Shown in pieces: positions 9,844 through 19,728 of a stretch of 64,000 bases of DNA (its first letter is position 1; every line of letters starts with the position of its first letter). The stretch comes from a virus. The notes beneath the pieces were generated by a model. The model did not search any database and was not told the origin of the DNA. It worked only from the letters and a program-made list of their open reading frames with translations. The position numbers and the translations under genes were made by a program. The stretch lies in the IMG/VR virus record IMGVR_UViG_3300044993_000765, positions 11,954 through 75,953 of that record; one strand, 5' to 3'.

Positions 9844-11142
9844 TTATGCGTAGGGCGCGGAGCGGTCCGCGAAACCGCGAGCATCGCGCAGAGTGAATGT
9901 CTGAGGATCGTCTTCGGCATCGAGACCGAGACCGGGCACGCCCCGGGCCAGCATCGCCGTCCCCATGCCGAAGGACTGAAGACTGTTGGCTCGGGATTGC
10001 TGGAGAAGATAGCCAGAGAAGCGCCCGAAGCTGGCTTGCAAGGCACCGTAGTAGCCGCTCATGCCGCTCATCAACGCCTCGTTCGCGCCACTGATCGCAG
10101 CCGTCGCCGCGCGCATGTCCCCTGTCGCGCTCGCTTGCAGACTGCGTCCGACGTTGAACATCTGTAGCCGGCGATTGAACTGCACATCATCGCGGCGCCA
10201 TGCCTGCAATTCCTCATAGCGCCAGGCGTGGTTCACGGCATCGACTTCGGTTCGTGCCAACTCGCTGTGAATCTCGCGCAGCAGGTTGGCGTTGGCGCCG
10301 GCGCAATACCGCGACAACCGGCGGTTCAGGCCGGTGATCGCCTTGCCGAAAGCGCGTGCAGCATCGTTCCGAGCGCGCCCCATGTGCACCTCATACTGAG
10401 GCATATAGCGCGGGTCGGCGGCGACCTGCGCCATGGTTGCGTCCTCGACCGGAGCGAAAACCGTCGTATACCGACAATACTCTTTTTCGGCGATGACAAG
10501 TTGACGATTGGCGAGCGAGGCCTGATCGTTGGCGATCGAGCGGATCAGATCCCTCTGCTTGCTGGCGATGTAGTTGTCGACCGCGATCTGGATGGCGATC
10601 TGCCCGATAGCCTTCACTCCCACGCTGTCCAATTGCTGCTTGTAGGCCAGCTCCGCGAGATAGCGGTCCCTGCCCGCGGCCGGGTTCGGGACGACGTGCA
10701 GGGTCGGCTGGGCAAGGTAGGCCATCAGCGCACCGAGACCCGCCCCGACGATTGTGCTGGTCACGCGGCTGTTGCCGTCCGGATCACTCGCGACGACTTC
10801 GACGTTTCCGGTTGCGCAGTTGAAGCGCGGCAAAGTCCGCCCAAAGCCGGCGTAGTCATCGTCTTCCAGCATCCAGCCCAGCAGTCCTCCGACGCCGGCA
10901 CCGGCAAGGATCGTTCCCCAGGAGATCGTACCCGGCTGCACGGTCGGTAGCGTCGGGTTATAGATGACCTGCCGGATCTGCTGGTTGATGTCCTGACGCT
11001 GACTGGACTCGGCATTGATCCAGGCATTGACCGCAGAGGTGTTGTCGTTCTGGACAAGATTGCGGTGCTGGAGCATCGAGAGGTAAGCAGCGTCCATGAA
11101 GGACGCCCCACCCCAATTCGTGACGAGAACTGCAGTCGCCAT
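9844..11142 (-). CDS. Putative internal virion/ejection protein
   Basis: Gly/Ala hydrophobic segments; TGATG coupling to the upstream gene. Confidence 0.55.
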   Translation of the reverse strand: MATAVLVTNWGGASFMDAAYLSMLQHRNLVQNDNTSAVNAWINAESSQRQDINQQIRQVIYNPTLPTVQPGTISWGTILAGAGVGGLLGWMLEDDDYAGFGRTLPRFNCATGNVEVVASDPDGNSRVTSTIVGAGLGALMAYLAQPTLHVVPNPAAGRDRYLAELAYKQQLDSVGVKAIGQIAIQIAVDNYIASKQRDLIRSIANDQASLANRQLVIAEKEYCRYTTVFAPVEDATMAQVAADPRYMPQYEVHMGRARNDAARAFGKAITGLNRRLSRYCAGANANLLREIHSELARTEVDAVNHAWRYEELQAWRRDDVQFNRRLQMFNVGRSLQASATGDMRAATAAISGANEALMSGMSGYYGALQASFGRFSGYLLQQSRANSLQSFGMGTAMLARGVPGLGLDAEDDPQTFTLRDARGFADRSAPYA

Positions 11143-11600
11143 CAGCCGAGCCGCTTGCTGTAGGACATCGTGGCGGGACGGAAGCCAATCAGCGCCGGCA
11201 TGCCGCAACCCGAGGCCAATTCGATCCGTAGCTGGGTTGCCTGCCGTTCTCTCGCCCAAGCTTCGAAGTCAGCGACCAGCTCGGTCGCCGTCGTCGCGGT
11301 GACACCCTCGGCACCGCCGTCGATCATCACCAGCGGCGCATGCGCCTGAATCTCGCCGTCCAGAGGTGCCAGTGCGTTGTAACCCATGAGCACCCCTACC
11401 GGCAGCCCCGCATCGTTGATCGCGGCGCCGACGTACATCGAAATACCGCCCGCGCCGGCCATGACCGGCACCAGCGAACGCACGATCCCCGCCTCATGCG
11501 GCTTGGTCTCGGGGTCGAGCGCGACGACATAGCGCCGAATTAGATCGACCAGCACCTCGGCCATGCTGAGGGGGATGTCGTTGTTGCGTTTGATCTGCAT
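11142..11600 (-). CDS. GNAT-fold-like phage protein
   Basis: C-terminal LVADFEAWARERQATQL..IGFRP pattern; typical position before injection genes. Confidence 0.5.
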   Translation of the reverse strand: MQIKRNNDIPLSMAEVLVDLIRRYVVALDPETKPHEAGIVRSLVPVMAGAGGISMYVGAAINDAGLPVGVLMGYNALAPLDGEIQAHAPLVMIDGGAEGVTATTATELVADFEAWARERQATQLRIELASGCGMPALIGFRPATMSYSKRLG

Positions 11601-11619
11601 GGAACCTCCAGAAACTGAA

Positions 11620-11639
11620 AACCCCGCCGAGGCGGGGTT
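11620..11639 (-). terminator. Rho-independent terminator
   Basis: aaccccgcc-ga-ggcggggtt hairpin followed by a T-run on the minus strand, after the moron gene. Confidence 0.75.
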
Positions 11640-11664
11640 CTTGGGCTTGCATCACGATAAAGAC

Positions 11665-12897
11665 TCAGGGAGTAAGGAATTCGATTCCGTCTTTGAGCAA
11701 CTTGCTCCTAGCCTTGAGCTGATTTACATCCCGAGGAAGACTCAGAAATTCGTGAAGCTCGGACAGAGAGCGGTAAGACAACGCATTTCCGATCAAAAAC
11801 CAAAAAAGACACTTATAGTAGCTCTGAAGCAGGAAACAATTTGTCCTAGCCTCATTGGTTTGATGCCCGGCGTGGATGCTTGAATTCCGATATTCTCGCA
11901 AGTGCATCAGCACCTGTCGATGATAGTCGGCTTCCTGAAGGATGAAGCAACATCGCTCGACCAGCGCGTCGTAGTCAGCGACCCCCGGAGTCAGCAACAT
12001 CTCAAATGCCCCCCAGAGGCGGATGAAAGCCGTATTCGGGTCTGGCTCATCTAGCGCACCAACATACCTCACCAGGGACTCAGCGATAACCTTTCCAAAC
12101 GGAGAATTCTTGATCCTTCGCATGGCATATCGAGCGTTTTTTTGGACAATTTCTGAATTCTTAAATCGATAAAGTTTTTCTTTCTTATACTCAGGAATAT
12201 ACCAAACCGCCTCTGAAGCCAGTTTTCCACCAGCATGATGAAGCGTCTGGAAACTTCCAAGCCTGATGAGATTGATAGGCTTATGGTCATTTCCACCGAA
12301 CGAGATTTCTAGCGACTTGTTCGCCTCTAGGCACAAGATTCCACGATAAACGTCGAGATAACGCAGAGCCTTGCTAGTAGCCATGTGCGCAGACTTCGCG
12401 TACACCGAGACGCCAATCACGCAATAATCTGAGGGCTCATCTTCTATGCCAAGATGCCTTCCGTTCCGTTCGATCAAATCTTGCCTCGACCCGAACTTTT
12501 TTGGCATCCGCATGCCAAAAAAGTCAATCGATGAATTCAATGCCGAAACTCGTCTCTGCCAAGTGGTCGAATCGAGAGAAATTGAAGTAATCAGTACGAA
12601 TTTTTCTTCTTTCTTGGCGAGCTGTTTATTCAAACCCTTATTGATAGCAGTGATGAAGCTATCAGGTGAAAGGTCCGGACGCGATGCAAAGAGCGCACTG
12701 AATACTAGACCCGCCTTATCCATGTCCTCCGCAACCTGCGGAAATTCGAGCATCGACGAAAGCGCGGCTGCATCCTGGTGAATTTGGAAATCAGCAAAAG
12801 ACGTTGATCCATCTTCGGCAATAGATCGAGTCTTGCCCAACCGCTCAAACACGACCTGAGGCTTAAACTTTTTAGGGTTTTTCCATTTTATCGGCAC
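11665..12897 (-). CDS. Apea-like HEPN domain protein (moron, candidate defence)
   Basis: Lower GC; AFIRLWGAFEMLL...YRNSSIHAG (RxxxxH). Confidence 0.65.
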   Translation of the reverse strand: MPIKWKNPKKFKPQVVFERLGKTRSIAEDGSTSFADFQIHQDAAALSSMLEFPQVAEDMDKAGLVFSALFASRPDLSPDSFITAINKGLNKQLAKKEEKFVLITSISLDSTTWQRRVSALNSSIDFFGMRMPKKFGSRQDLIERNGRHLGIEDEPSDYCVIGVSVYAKSAHMATSKALRYLDVYRGILCLEANKSLEISFGGNDHKPINLIRLGSFQTLHHAGGKLASEAVWYIPEYKKEKLYRFKNSEIVQKNARYAMRRIKNSPFGKVIAESLVRYVGALDEPDPNTAFIRLWGAFEMLLTPGVADYDALVERCCFILQEADYHRQVLMHLREYRNSSIHAGHQTNEARTNCFLLQSYYKCLFWFLIGNALSYRSLSELHEFLSLPRDVNQLKARSKLLKDGIEFLTP

Positions 12898-12929
12898 ATC
12901 TTCTCCTCGGCGCTAAATGAACCTCGACC

Positions 12930-13145
12930 TCAGGAGTCAGAATTACTAGCACTACGCTCAAACGGGTCAACTTGGCCTTTCCGAACAAGGCTCCTCAGCA
13001 GCATCTTTGCGACTTGATTTTCCGACATACCTCCAAGCTGCGTAAACTCACACCCTCGCTCACCGAATACGGTGACCACGTTTTCGTTGACGTGATATTC
13101 GGCTTGGTATCGCTTGTTGTCTTTTTCAATCTCTACGAAACCCAT
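12930..13145 (-). CDS. Small hypothetical protein (moron)
   Basis: GGAGG SD before ATG 13145; lower GC. Confidence 0.55.
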   Translation of the reverse strand: MGFVEIEKDNKRYQAEYHVNENVVTVFGERGCEFTQLGGMSENQVAKMLLRSLVRKGQVDPFERSASNSDS

Positions 13146-13304
13146 CCCGCCTCCGTAGCTTGAGTCCAAAAAAATTATTTTTTCGGAAAATTAAATCGGG
13201 ATTTGCCGCGCTTGCTGGTAATAAACCACCTAGCGACCTCCGAATTCGGCGGCTAATGAGCAGCGTATTATGCTGCTCATGGACGCCCATCACTAAGATA
13301 CCTA

Positions 13305-13583
13305 CTATTCGATTCGGCCCAACAATACCCGCAAATGTTCTAAAGGAGCGCGACTCAGGTCATCCGCAACATCCATCTTGCCTTGCGAAGAAGGCGTCAA
13401 CGTGATACGGGCCTCAACTTCCGCTTTCAAATCGTCAAGCGATGGCCAAGAGCCTTTTTCGAGCATCTCACCCATGATCTTTCCCAGCACCGCATCCCGG
13501 AGGAAAGGGCCTGATTTCTCGACGCTTCTACGATGCATGTCGCCAAGCCGCTTGACCTTAGCATCGACTCTTGAGTCTGTCAC
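13305..13583 (-). CDS. Small hypothetical protein (moron)
   Basis: GGAGG SD before GTG; 92 aa. Confidence 0.55.
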   Translation of the reverse strand: MTDSRVDAKVKRLGDMHRRSVEKSGPFLRDAVLGKIMGEMLEKGSWPSLDDLKAEVEARITLTPSSQGKMDVADDLSRAPLEHLRVLLGRIE

Positions 13584-13878
13584 AACACACCTCCGATGGC
13601 ACTCTCGTCATCAACTAGCCATGAACAATGCTTCACCCGTGAATTCGCGTTGCCGTTTGAGTATAGCGATAGCGCCAAATAAGTTGCAAAGATAAACGCT
13701 GCAGGTTTGCAGTCTCAAATACTGAGACTGATTGCATGGCCATGGTGTCAGCAAGGACCCCGCCTAACAACCATCCGGGCTGGGCTGCCAATGGCCACGC
13801 AACCTGACGAGGAACAGGATAACGCCGGGGCGTCGGACGGGCCATCCGCCGTTCCCTCGCGGCCGCGTCAGAGTTTCC

Positions 13879-15552
13879 TTACCGCTCCGCCAGTTCGGCT
13901 ATGCTGCTGGCGATGTGGATTTCCCGCAGCGCGCCTTTGTCAGGGGATTCCGGCCGCTCGATCTCGATCTCGAACCCCAGGTGCCGGCTCAGATGCGGCA
14001 GGCGGAACGGGTTGGAGTGACGGAGTTCGCGCTCAAACCGTAGCCTGTCGTCGGTCCATAACCGGAATGTGGTGGCGGGAGCCGCATCAGTCCAGTCACC
14101 GCGGAACGGGTGGGCGTCCCAGACCACCTTCGCCGCCGCCCAGTTCATATGCCCTGGCGTGACCGTGCAGCGCGTCCGGTAGCGCAGCGGCAGATAGGTC
14201 GGCCCGGCGTTCCACTGACCGATGCCGGTCGGCAGCGCCAGGAACAGCGCGTCGGTGCGGCTGCGGTGCAGCGCGCTTGGCCGCAGCGACAAGGCGATCA
14301 GCCCCAACTGCCGGCCGGGATAGACCGGATCGGTCAGGTCGAGCATCCAGCCGCTGTTCGCGGCGAAGCCGAACCACAGGCCATCGTGGACGGCAGCGAG
14401 CATCGTCTCAGGCTGCAAGGCTGCGAAGTCATCCTCGCTCCAGTACGCCTGACTGACACGCAGGCATTGGCGACCCGTGAGCAACACCAGCCCGTCGCGG
14501 CCGGCGTACAGCGCAGCGGCGCTGGGCGTCGTGGCCATCGACCGCCGTGATGCGCAGGGCATGGGTTCGGGCATTCGGAACACCTCACGTCTGCCCCACT
14601 CGTCCGCCTGCGGCGCGATCCAGTACGGATGCCCGTCCGTGGCCACGTACAGCCCGCTGTCGGTCCAGGCCAGCGCGACGATGGTGTCGTCGAGGTGCAG
14701 GCGGTAGGCATCCGGCCACGCATGGAACTCGTGCGGCTCGCAGAACCAGAGGTCGCGACCCGCGGCGCCCGCCAACTGCGCGCCGTTCGGCTCGGCGACC
14801 AGATGGGTCAACCCCTCCGGCGGCGGGGCGAAGCGCATTGTCGTCAGCGGCTCGCCCAGGTCGAGGTTCCGCAGCGCGTCATTGACGCCACCTATCGCCG
14901 CCGGAAACTCGCCGACCAGATGGAAATCTTCCGCGCGCGGCAGGCCGATCTGCTCGGCCCCGGCATCGCTCGCGGTCAGGCGGTACAGCCGCACCGCCTG
15001 CACGTCCCAACCGCCGACCGGCGGGCCGTCCCATTGCACCCGAACGGCGGCACCGTCGTCGATCCCGAACCGCACGCTCGGCAGTGAGGGCGGCCCCTCG
15101 TTCCCGAAACGATCCACATACGTCACCACGTAGGCCCGGTACTCGCTGCGCTGGTCATTCGGCCCGGCCCAGCCCGGCGGCGCGCTAGGGGTCGCGATCG
15201 GCGGCGTCGGCACGGGCAGACCCAACCGCCACCAGCGTCCGGCCACGGCGTCCGCCGCATCGGCCCAGACCGGGACGCGCAGATCTTCGCCGACCGCGAT
15301 CACGCGCGGGCAACCGGGCAGGCCGGCAACAAGATCATCGACTCCGGACAAGACGATCCAGCCGGCCTCCGTTCGGAAGATCGTGCGATGCGACGCCCCA
15401 CGCGGATCGACCGGCAGCGGTGTGGGATACGCCTCGATGGTGCCGTGCCAGAGGTTCACGTTCTCGGCCCAGGTCGCCTCATTGCCCTGCAACAGCGTGC
15501 GGTTGATCCGGGGACGCATGCCGGCGAAGGCGGACTTCAGGATAGAGGGCAT
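13879..15552 (-). CDS. Putative tail tube/packaged-DNA stabilisation (nozzle) protein
   Basis: 557-aa beta-rich, Trp-rich protein in the podovirus tail position. Confidence 0.6.
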   Translation of the reverse strand: MPSILKSAFAGMRPRINRTLLQGNEATWAENVNLWHGTIEAYPTPLPVDPRGASHRTIFRTEAGWIVLSGVDDLVAGLPGCPRVIAVGEDLRVPVWADAADAVAGRWWRLGLPVPTPPIATPSAPPGWAGPNDQRSEYRAYVVTYVDRFGNEGPPSLPSVRFGIDDGAAVRVQWDGPPVGGWDVQAVRLYRLTASDAGAEQIGLPRAEDFHLVGEFPAAIGGVNDALRNLDLGEPLTTMRFAPPPEGLTHLVAEPNGAQLAGAAGRDLWFCEPHEFHAWPDAYRLHLDDTIVALAWTDSGLYVATDGHPYWIAPQADEWGRREVFRMPEPMPCASRRSMATTPSAAALYAGRDGLVLLTGRQCLRVSQAYWSEDDFAALQPETMLAAVHDGLWFGFAANSGWMLDLTDPVYPGRQLGLIALSLRPSALHRSRTDALFLALPTGIGQWNAGPTYLPLRYRTRCTVTPGHMNWAAAKVVWDAHPFRGDWTDAAPATTFRLWTDDRLRFERELRHSNPFRLPHLSRHLGFEIEIERPESPDKGALREIHIASSIAELAER

Positions 15553-15605
15553 AATTCAGGCTCTACGGGGGCGGTGGCCGGTCCCCGGCCACCCATAAGG
15601 ACACC

Positions 15606-16706
15606 TTGGACATGAACACGTCCGTGCAGCCGGAGGCAGACGATGGGAAAACGATGGAACCGCCCCTGCCACCATCGACGGTCCCGACAACGACCACGTT
15701 GAATCTGCGCGCACTGGATTCGGATCACGAGTGGAACGAACGCTTCGCCGACAACCTCCGTTACCTCGTTGTCGAGTGCGGTCGATTCATGGACTTGCGT
15801 CTACTCGAAGGCGTGACGGTCGGTTTCAACTACGACGATGCGTTGAACTCCGTCGACCTCGGCTACGAGTCGTCGGTCGCGAAGGGATACACCAAAGAAG
15901 GCGGACTCGTCGGCGTCGGCAAACTGCTCCGCGTTCTTCGCGACGACGGCATCAAAGCGCACATCGTCATCGACGCCGGGGTTCTGCACCCGCTCGCGGA
16001 ATTAGAACATCCCCTGTTCCTGTCCACGGCCAACATCCTCGCGCACGAACTGGCGCATGTGAACGTGATGCTCTGGCTCGTCGAATACAACCTGGAGGTT
16101 ACGCCCGCACCACTCAGCAGCGACGGCGTTGTGCATGCGATGCGCGAGGCCGCGTACACGATCTGGGAGGAATACGCCGCCTGTCGATTGAGTGCCAGAA
16201 TTTCCGGAGACCAGGTGACGACGAACTACGCGAAGAGCGTCGAAATCTCAATGCCCGGCGCCGTTGGACGTGCCCGCGAGGGCATCAAAGGCTTTCGCAA
16301 ACATGGGAATTTCGGACAGCTTCTTACCGAAACGCTGACCGCCATCGCCACGCCCATCAAGATGCTGGCTTATTTGCTCGGCCATCTTGACGGACTGGAT
16401 CGAGAGACCGACCGCAAGACGCTTGCCCCTGCCTGCGTTGACGACGAGCTATGCCCTGCCGTTCCGATCGTGCATGACGCATTGCGACAAGCATGGGAGG
16501 CGCGGCACGACAGGCAAGGAATCTCAGCCGTAGACGGCATTGTCGACGCCTTGCAGAAGGCGCTGGAGATTGCCGGCGTCCAACTTCGCCTCAGCGAAGA
16601 AGGCGATGGCTCGATGATCCAAGCTCCGTTTACTGCGGCCACCATGCCCAATGGCGAGCTGGATATGGCAATCATCCGGCTCCAGCGCATGCTGGGGGCG
16701 GAATAA
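15606..16706 (+). CDS. Zincin-type metallopeptidase-like protein (moron)
   Basis: ILAHELAHV (HExxH) with downstream WEEYAA; opposite strand to the late genes. Confidence 0.6.
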   Translation: MDMNTSVQPEADDGKTMEPPLPPSTVPTTTTLNLRALDSDHEWNERFADNLRYLVVECGRFMDLRLLEGVTVGFNYDDALNSVDLGYESSVAKGYTKEGGLVGVGKLLRVLRDDGIKAHIVIDAGVLHPLAELEHPLFLSTANILAHELAHVNVMLWLVEYNLEVTPAPLSSDGVVHAMREAAYTIWEEYAACRLSARISGDQVTTNYAKSVEISMPGAVGRAREGIKGFRKHGNFGQLLTETLTAIATPIKMLAYLLGHLDGLDRETDRKTLAPACVDDELCPAVPIVHDALRQAWEARHDRQGISAVDGIVDALQKALEIAGVQLRLSEEGDGSMIQAPFTAATMPNGELDMAIIRLQRMLGAE

Positions 16707-16722
16707 ATCTGTAGACAACGAC

Positions 16723-17343
16723 ATGACAATGACAGGCTCTTTCGGAATTCTCCTGCGAACCTTCTTCTCACTTCATCATGCGCAAGCGGCATCATTCCAC
16801 GCGCGTCAAGCGATTGGCATAACGCTGGATGGCACGGAGGAGACTGCGATTGCCCTGGGCGCACACGTCTCGGCCGCCGTGATTTCCGCTGGCGCGTTTT
16901 TGGAAGCCACCGTCAACGAAATCAGTGAGAGCGACGAGCGAAGCGGCGCATTGGAGCGTTTGAACACATATCTCATGGCGCATAACGCCCAGTGCATTCC
17001 AAAGAGCGATCCGCGCTGGCAATCGGCCAAGACGCTGATGGAGCTGCGCAACCGCCTCGTGCATTACACGCACGACTGGCTTGACGATGGCTCCGACCAT
17101 ATGATCGGAGACAAGGCGCTCAACAAATCCACGCTTCTCTCACGCATGCAAGCAGAATTTGTGTTCCTGCCGCCACCAGGGCACTACATTCCACGATTCC
17201 TTTCGCCGGACTGCGCGGCCTGGGCCATCGGCACTGCGACGACACTTCTGGACGAGTTCTTTCAGCGACTCGGCAGACAACCGTTCCATGACCACTTGCG
17301 CGATCGGATCGAATTGGAACGACCCCGCCCTACACATCTGTGA
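16723..17343 (+). CDS. HEPN-like protein (moron)
   Basis: SAGAFLEATVNE helix and ELRNRLVHY (RxxxxH). Confidence 0.6.
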   Translation: MTMTGSFGILLRTFFSLHHAQAASFHARQAIGITLDGTEETAIALGAHVSAAVISAGAFLEATVNEISESDERSGALERLNTYLMAHNAQCIPKSDPRWQSAKTLMELRNRLVHYTHDWLDDGSDHMIGDKALNKSTLLSRMQAEFVFLPPPGHYIPRFLSPDCAAWAIGTATTLLDEFFQRLGRQPFHDHLRDRIELERPRPTHL

Positions 17344-17845
17344 CCGATGCTCGGCTCACCGCTCGCGCTGTCATCCCGCCGCACCGCACCCAGATCGTCA
17401 TGGACGCCACCTCACAGCCGGCGACGGCCACGCGCCCGAGATACCACCCTTCCGGCGCTTCGGTCAGATCATGGTCGATAACGAAGGTCGCGACTCCTCG
17501 CACGACGGATACCGCCGTGTAGGTCTTCGAGGGTGACGGCACGACAACGGGCAACGCGCCCTCGCAAGGGCGACACGACGCGAGCGTCGGCGAGCACTTG
17601 CCACAGTCGTCGCAATTCGATTCCCCGCAGCCACCACATCCGCCCCAGCGGCCTTCCGTTACGTCATGCGCGCGCGGGCACGGCGGCGTGCAGGCATCCG
17701 CGCAGTCCAGCACGGGCTGACACACGCTTTCGCCCTTGCGGGTGACGGTCAAGGTCACGTTCGTCGCATCGACGGTCGCGCAGTCGCGCATCAACACGAC
17801 TTGCAGGCGTTCGGTATTCGGCTCGACGATCAGCGGACGCGCCAT
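17330..17845 (-). CDS. Cys-rich phage structural/hypothetical protein
   Basis: Late operon; central Cys/Gly-rich segment. Confidence 0.6.
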   Translation of the reverse strand: MARPLIVEPNTERLQVVLMRDCATVDATNVTLTVTRKGESVCQPVLDCADACTPPCPRAHDVTEGRWGGCGGCGESNCDDCGKCSPTLASCRPCEGALPVVVPSPSKTYTAVSVVRGVATFVIDHDLTEAPEGWYLGRVAVAGCEVASMTIWVRCGGMTARAVSRASVTDV

Positions 17846-17854
17846 GCCGTTCTC

Positions 17855-18484
17855 CTACACCGCAAAATCGCCGCGTTCCAACACCATCATCCGCGCGCCG
17901 CCTGTGCGACCACGTAAGCGGCGCGTGCGGGCGCGCAGGATCTCGGCATCGAAACGTTGGCCGTAGATGGTCGCTAAACGCGGATCGCTGAACGACTGTC
18001 CAGGCAAGAGCAGCACGTCTGCGAGCGCCCCCTCCACAAGCGCACGCCCCCACTCCTCGGCGAGTCGCGCATCGAGTCGGCACGCATCGTGGCGCGGGGC
18101 AGCCACATAACGCACGCGCAAGGTGTCGCAGGCATCGCCGTCACGATCGGTCCAGACCGACACATCCGGCGTCTCCAACGCTTCCACCCGGAAGCCGCAG
18201 CCCGTTTCGATCACGTCGCGGCGCGGATCGAGCGGATCGCATCCGATAGACACCGCGATCACGCGGACCACACGCTCGCACTCCGCCGGCACGACAGGAT
18301 AATCGCGCACCCCGCAGGCCATCGGCAATCGCACCTCGCGCTCCAGCCAGCCGGTTGCTTCACAGAAGCGGATCGCCGTATCGCGCAGGTAGCTGTGCGC
18401 CGCCACATCCGGCAACCCCGGCGCGGCGGCCACGACTCTCGCCAGGAACGGCGTGAAGTCGGTGAACCCCGGTCCACAGCTCAC
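17855..18484 (-). CDS. Putative head-tail adaptor-like protein
   Basis: GTGA coupling; LRDTAIRFCEATGW...LVEGALADVLLLPG pattern. Confidence 0.5.
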   Translation of the reverse strand: MSCGPGFTDFTPFLARVVAAAPGLPDVAAHSYLRDTAIRFCEATGWLEREVRLPMACGVRDYPVVPAECERVVRVIAVSIGCDPLDPRRDVIETGCGFRVEALETPDVSVWTDRDGDACDTLRVRYVAAPRHDACRLDARLAEEWGRALVEGALADVLLLPGQSFSDPRLATIYGQRFDAEILRARTRRLRGRTGGARMMVLERGDFAV

Positions 18485-19191
18485 GGCTGCGCCCCTTCCG
18501 GCGCGCGCCCTGCCTGCGAGACGGCGACGAGCCGTTCCTTCACTTCGGACACGCCGAGCATCGCGTAGAAGTGCTGGCGATGGGAGTCCTGTTTGCCGAA
18601 GGACTGCGGCGACTCCATATCGACGCTGTAGGCGCGGTACAGCATCCACTCGACAAGCGCATTATGCATGCGCGCGGGCGTCACCAGTCGGCCGTTGCGC
18701 GGGTCTGCATCGTCGAGGTGCGCGACCGTAATCGGCTCGGGGGCTTGCTGGCACACCAGAACGATGGAATAGGTCCGACCATCCTCCGGCACGGGAGGAT
18801 CGACGAAGAACGCCATCGGGTCCTGCGGCGTGAAGCTGTAGCCGCGTACGCTGTAGTCGCCGCAGACACTGATCGGGGCGCATCCGGTACCTGCGAACGC
18901 CTGCAACAGTCCGTCATCGACCTTGCGCGCGCGATCGGCCTTGCCTGTCGACCCGATAATCTTCTGCAATTGGCATCCCTCAGGCAACGGTCCCTGTCGC
19001 GCGCCAGGCGACAAGGTCAGTTCCGAAGTGTTCGCGTACAACTCTGGCCGATACAGGTAAACCTGTCGCTGCGCATCGTTGAGGTACTCCAGAAGATCCT
19101 CGCGAGGCCAGCGGGTATGCGCATAACCGGGCTCTGCATCGTTGAGGAGCCGTGAGACCTCCAGGATCAGATGTCTGGCGTATCCGCTCAC
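18481..19191 (-). CDS. Putative head-tail adaptor (DUF6682-like)
   Basis: LND...RWPREDLLEYLNDAQRQV...ALVEWMLYRAYSVD pattern. Confidence 0.6.
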   Translation of the reverse strand: MSGYARHLILEVSRLLNDAEPGYAHTRWPREDLLEYLNDAQRQVYLYRPELYANTSELTLSPGARQGPLPEGCQLQKIIGSTGKADRARKVDDGLLQAFAGTGCAPISVCGDYSVRGYSFTPQDPMAFFVDPPVPEDGRTYSIVLVCQQAPEPITVAHLDDADPRNGRLVTPARMHNALVEWMLYRAYSVDMESPQSFGKQDSHRQHFYAMLGVSEVKERLVAVSQAGRAPEGAQP

Positions 19192-19649
19192 AGCAATTGC
19201 GCCCCGCTTTCCCCACCATCGATTCTCTCGTTGCGCTTGGCCACTGCACTACGTGCCGCCTGTCCCGTGCGGTTGAACACATCCTCGAATCCGCCTTCGA
19301 TGCCACTGGTCGCGATGCCAAGGGGATTGCCCATGACATCGGTCTCGATTGTGGGCACTGTGAGGATGGTCCCGACCTTTCGGATCGGATCCCCAGCCGG
19401 CTCGAAATCGACACCGTTGGTCGTGAAGCCCGGAGTCAGACCGGGAATCAACTCGAACTCGTCGTCGCGCGGGTAAAGGTGTCCGTGTTCGTCCTGGAAT
19501 ACCATCATCGGCTCCCCCGTGTGGTGGAGATTGCGATGCATGTCCAAGGACACCGGCTGTGTATCCGGAATCAGGATCTGAGGCGAACCGAAGTTCGTCA
19601 CCTGCCTATCTGCCTGCTGGGCAGGCGCCGATGGGGATTGATCGTTCAT
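19188..19649 (-). CDS. Phage hypothetical protein
   Basis: AAGGA SD; coupled to the next gene. Confidence 0.6.
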   Translation of the reverse strand: MNDQSPSAPAQQADRQVTNFGSPQILIPDTQPVSLDMHRNLHHTGEPMMVFQDEHGHLYPRDDEFELIPGLTPGFTTNGVDFEPAGDPIRKVGTILTVPTIETDVMGNPLGIATSGIEGGFEDVFNRTGQAARSAVAKRNERIDGGESGAQLL

Positions 19650-19728
19650 GAAAGATTCCTTTGGACAAAAGAAAAGCCCCGCTTACGCAGGGCCGGGTAG
19701 AATTTCGTTCACTTGGAACGCAGCATTG

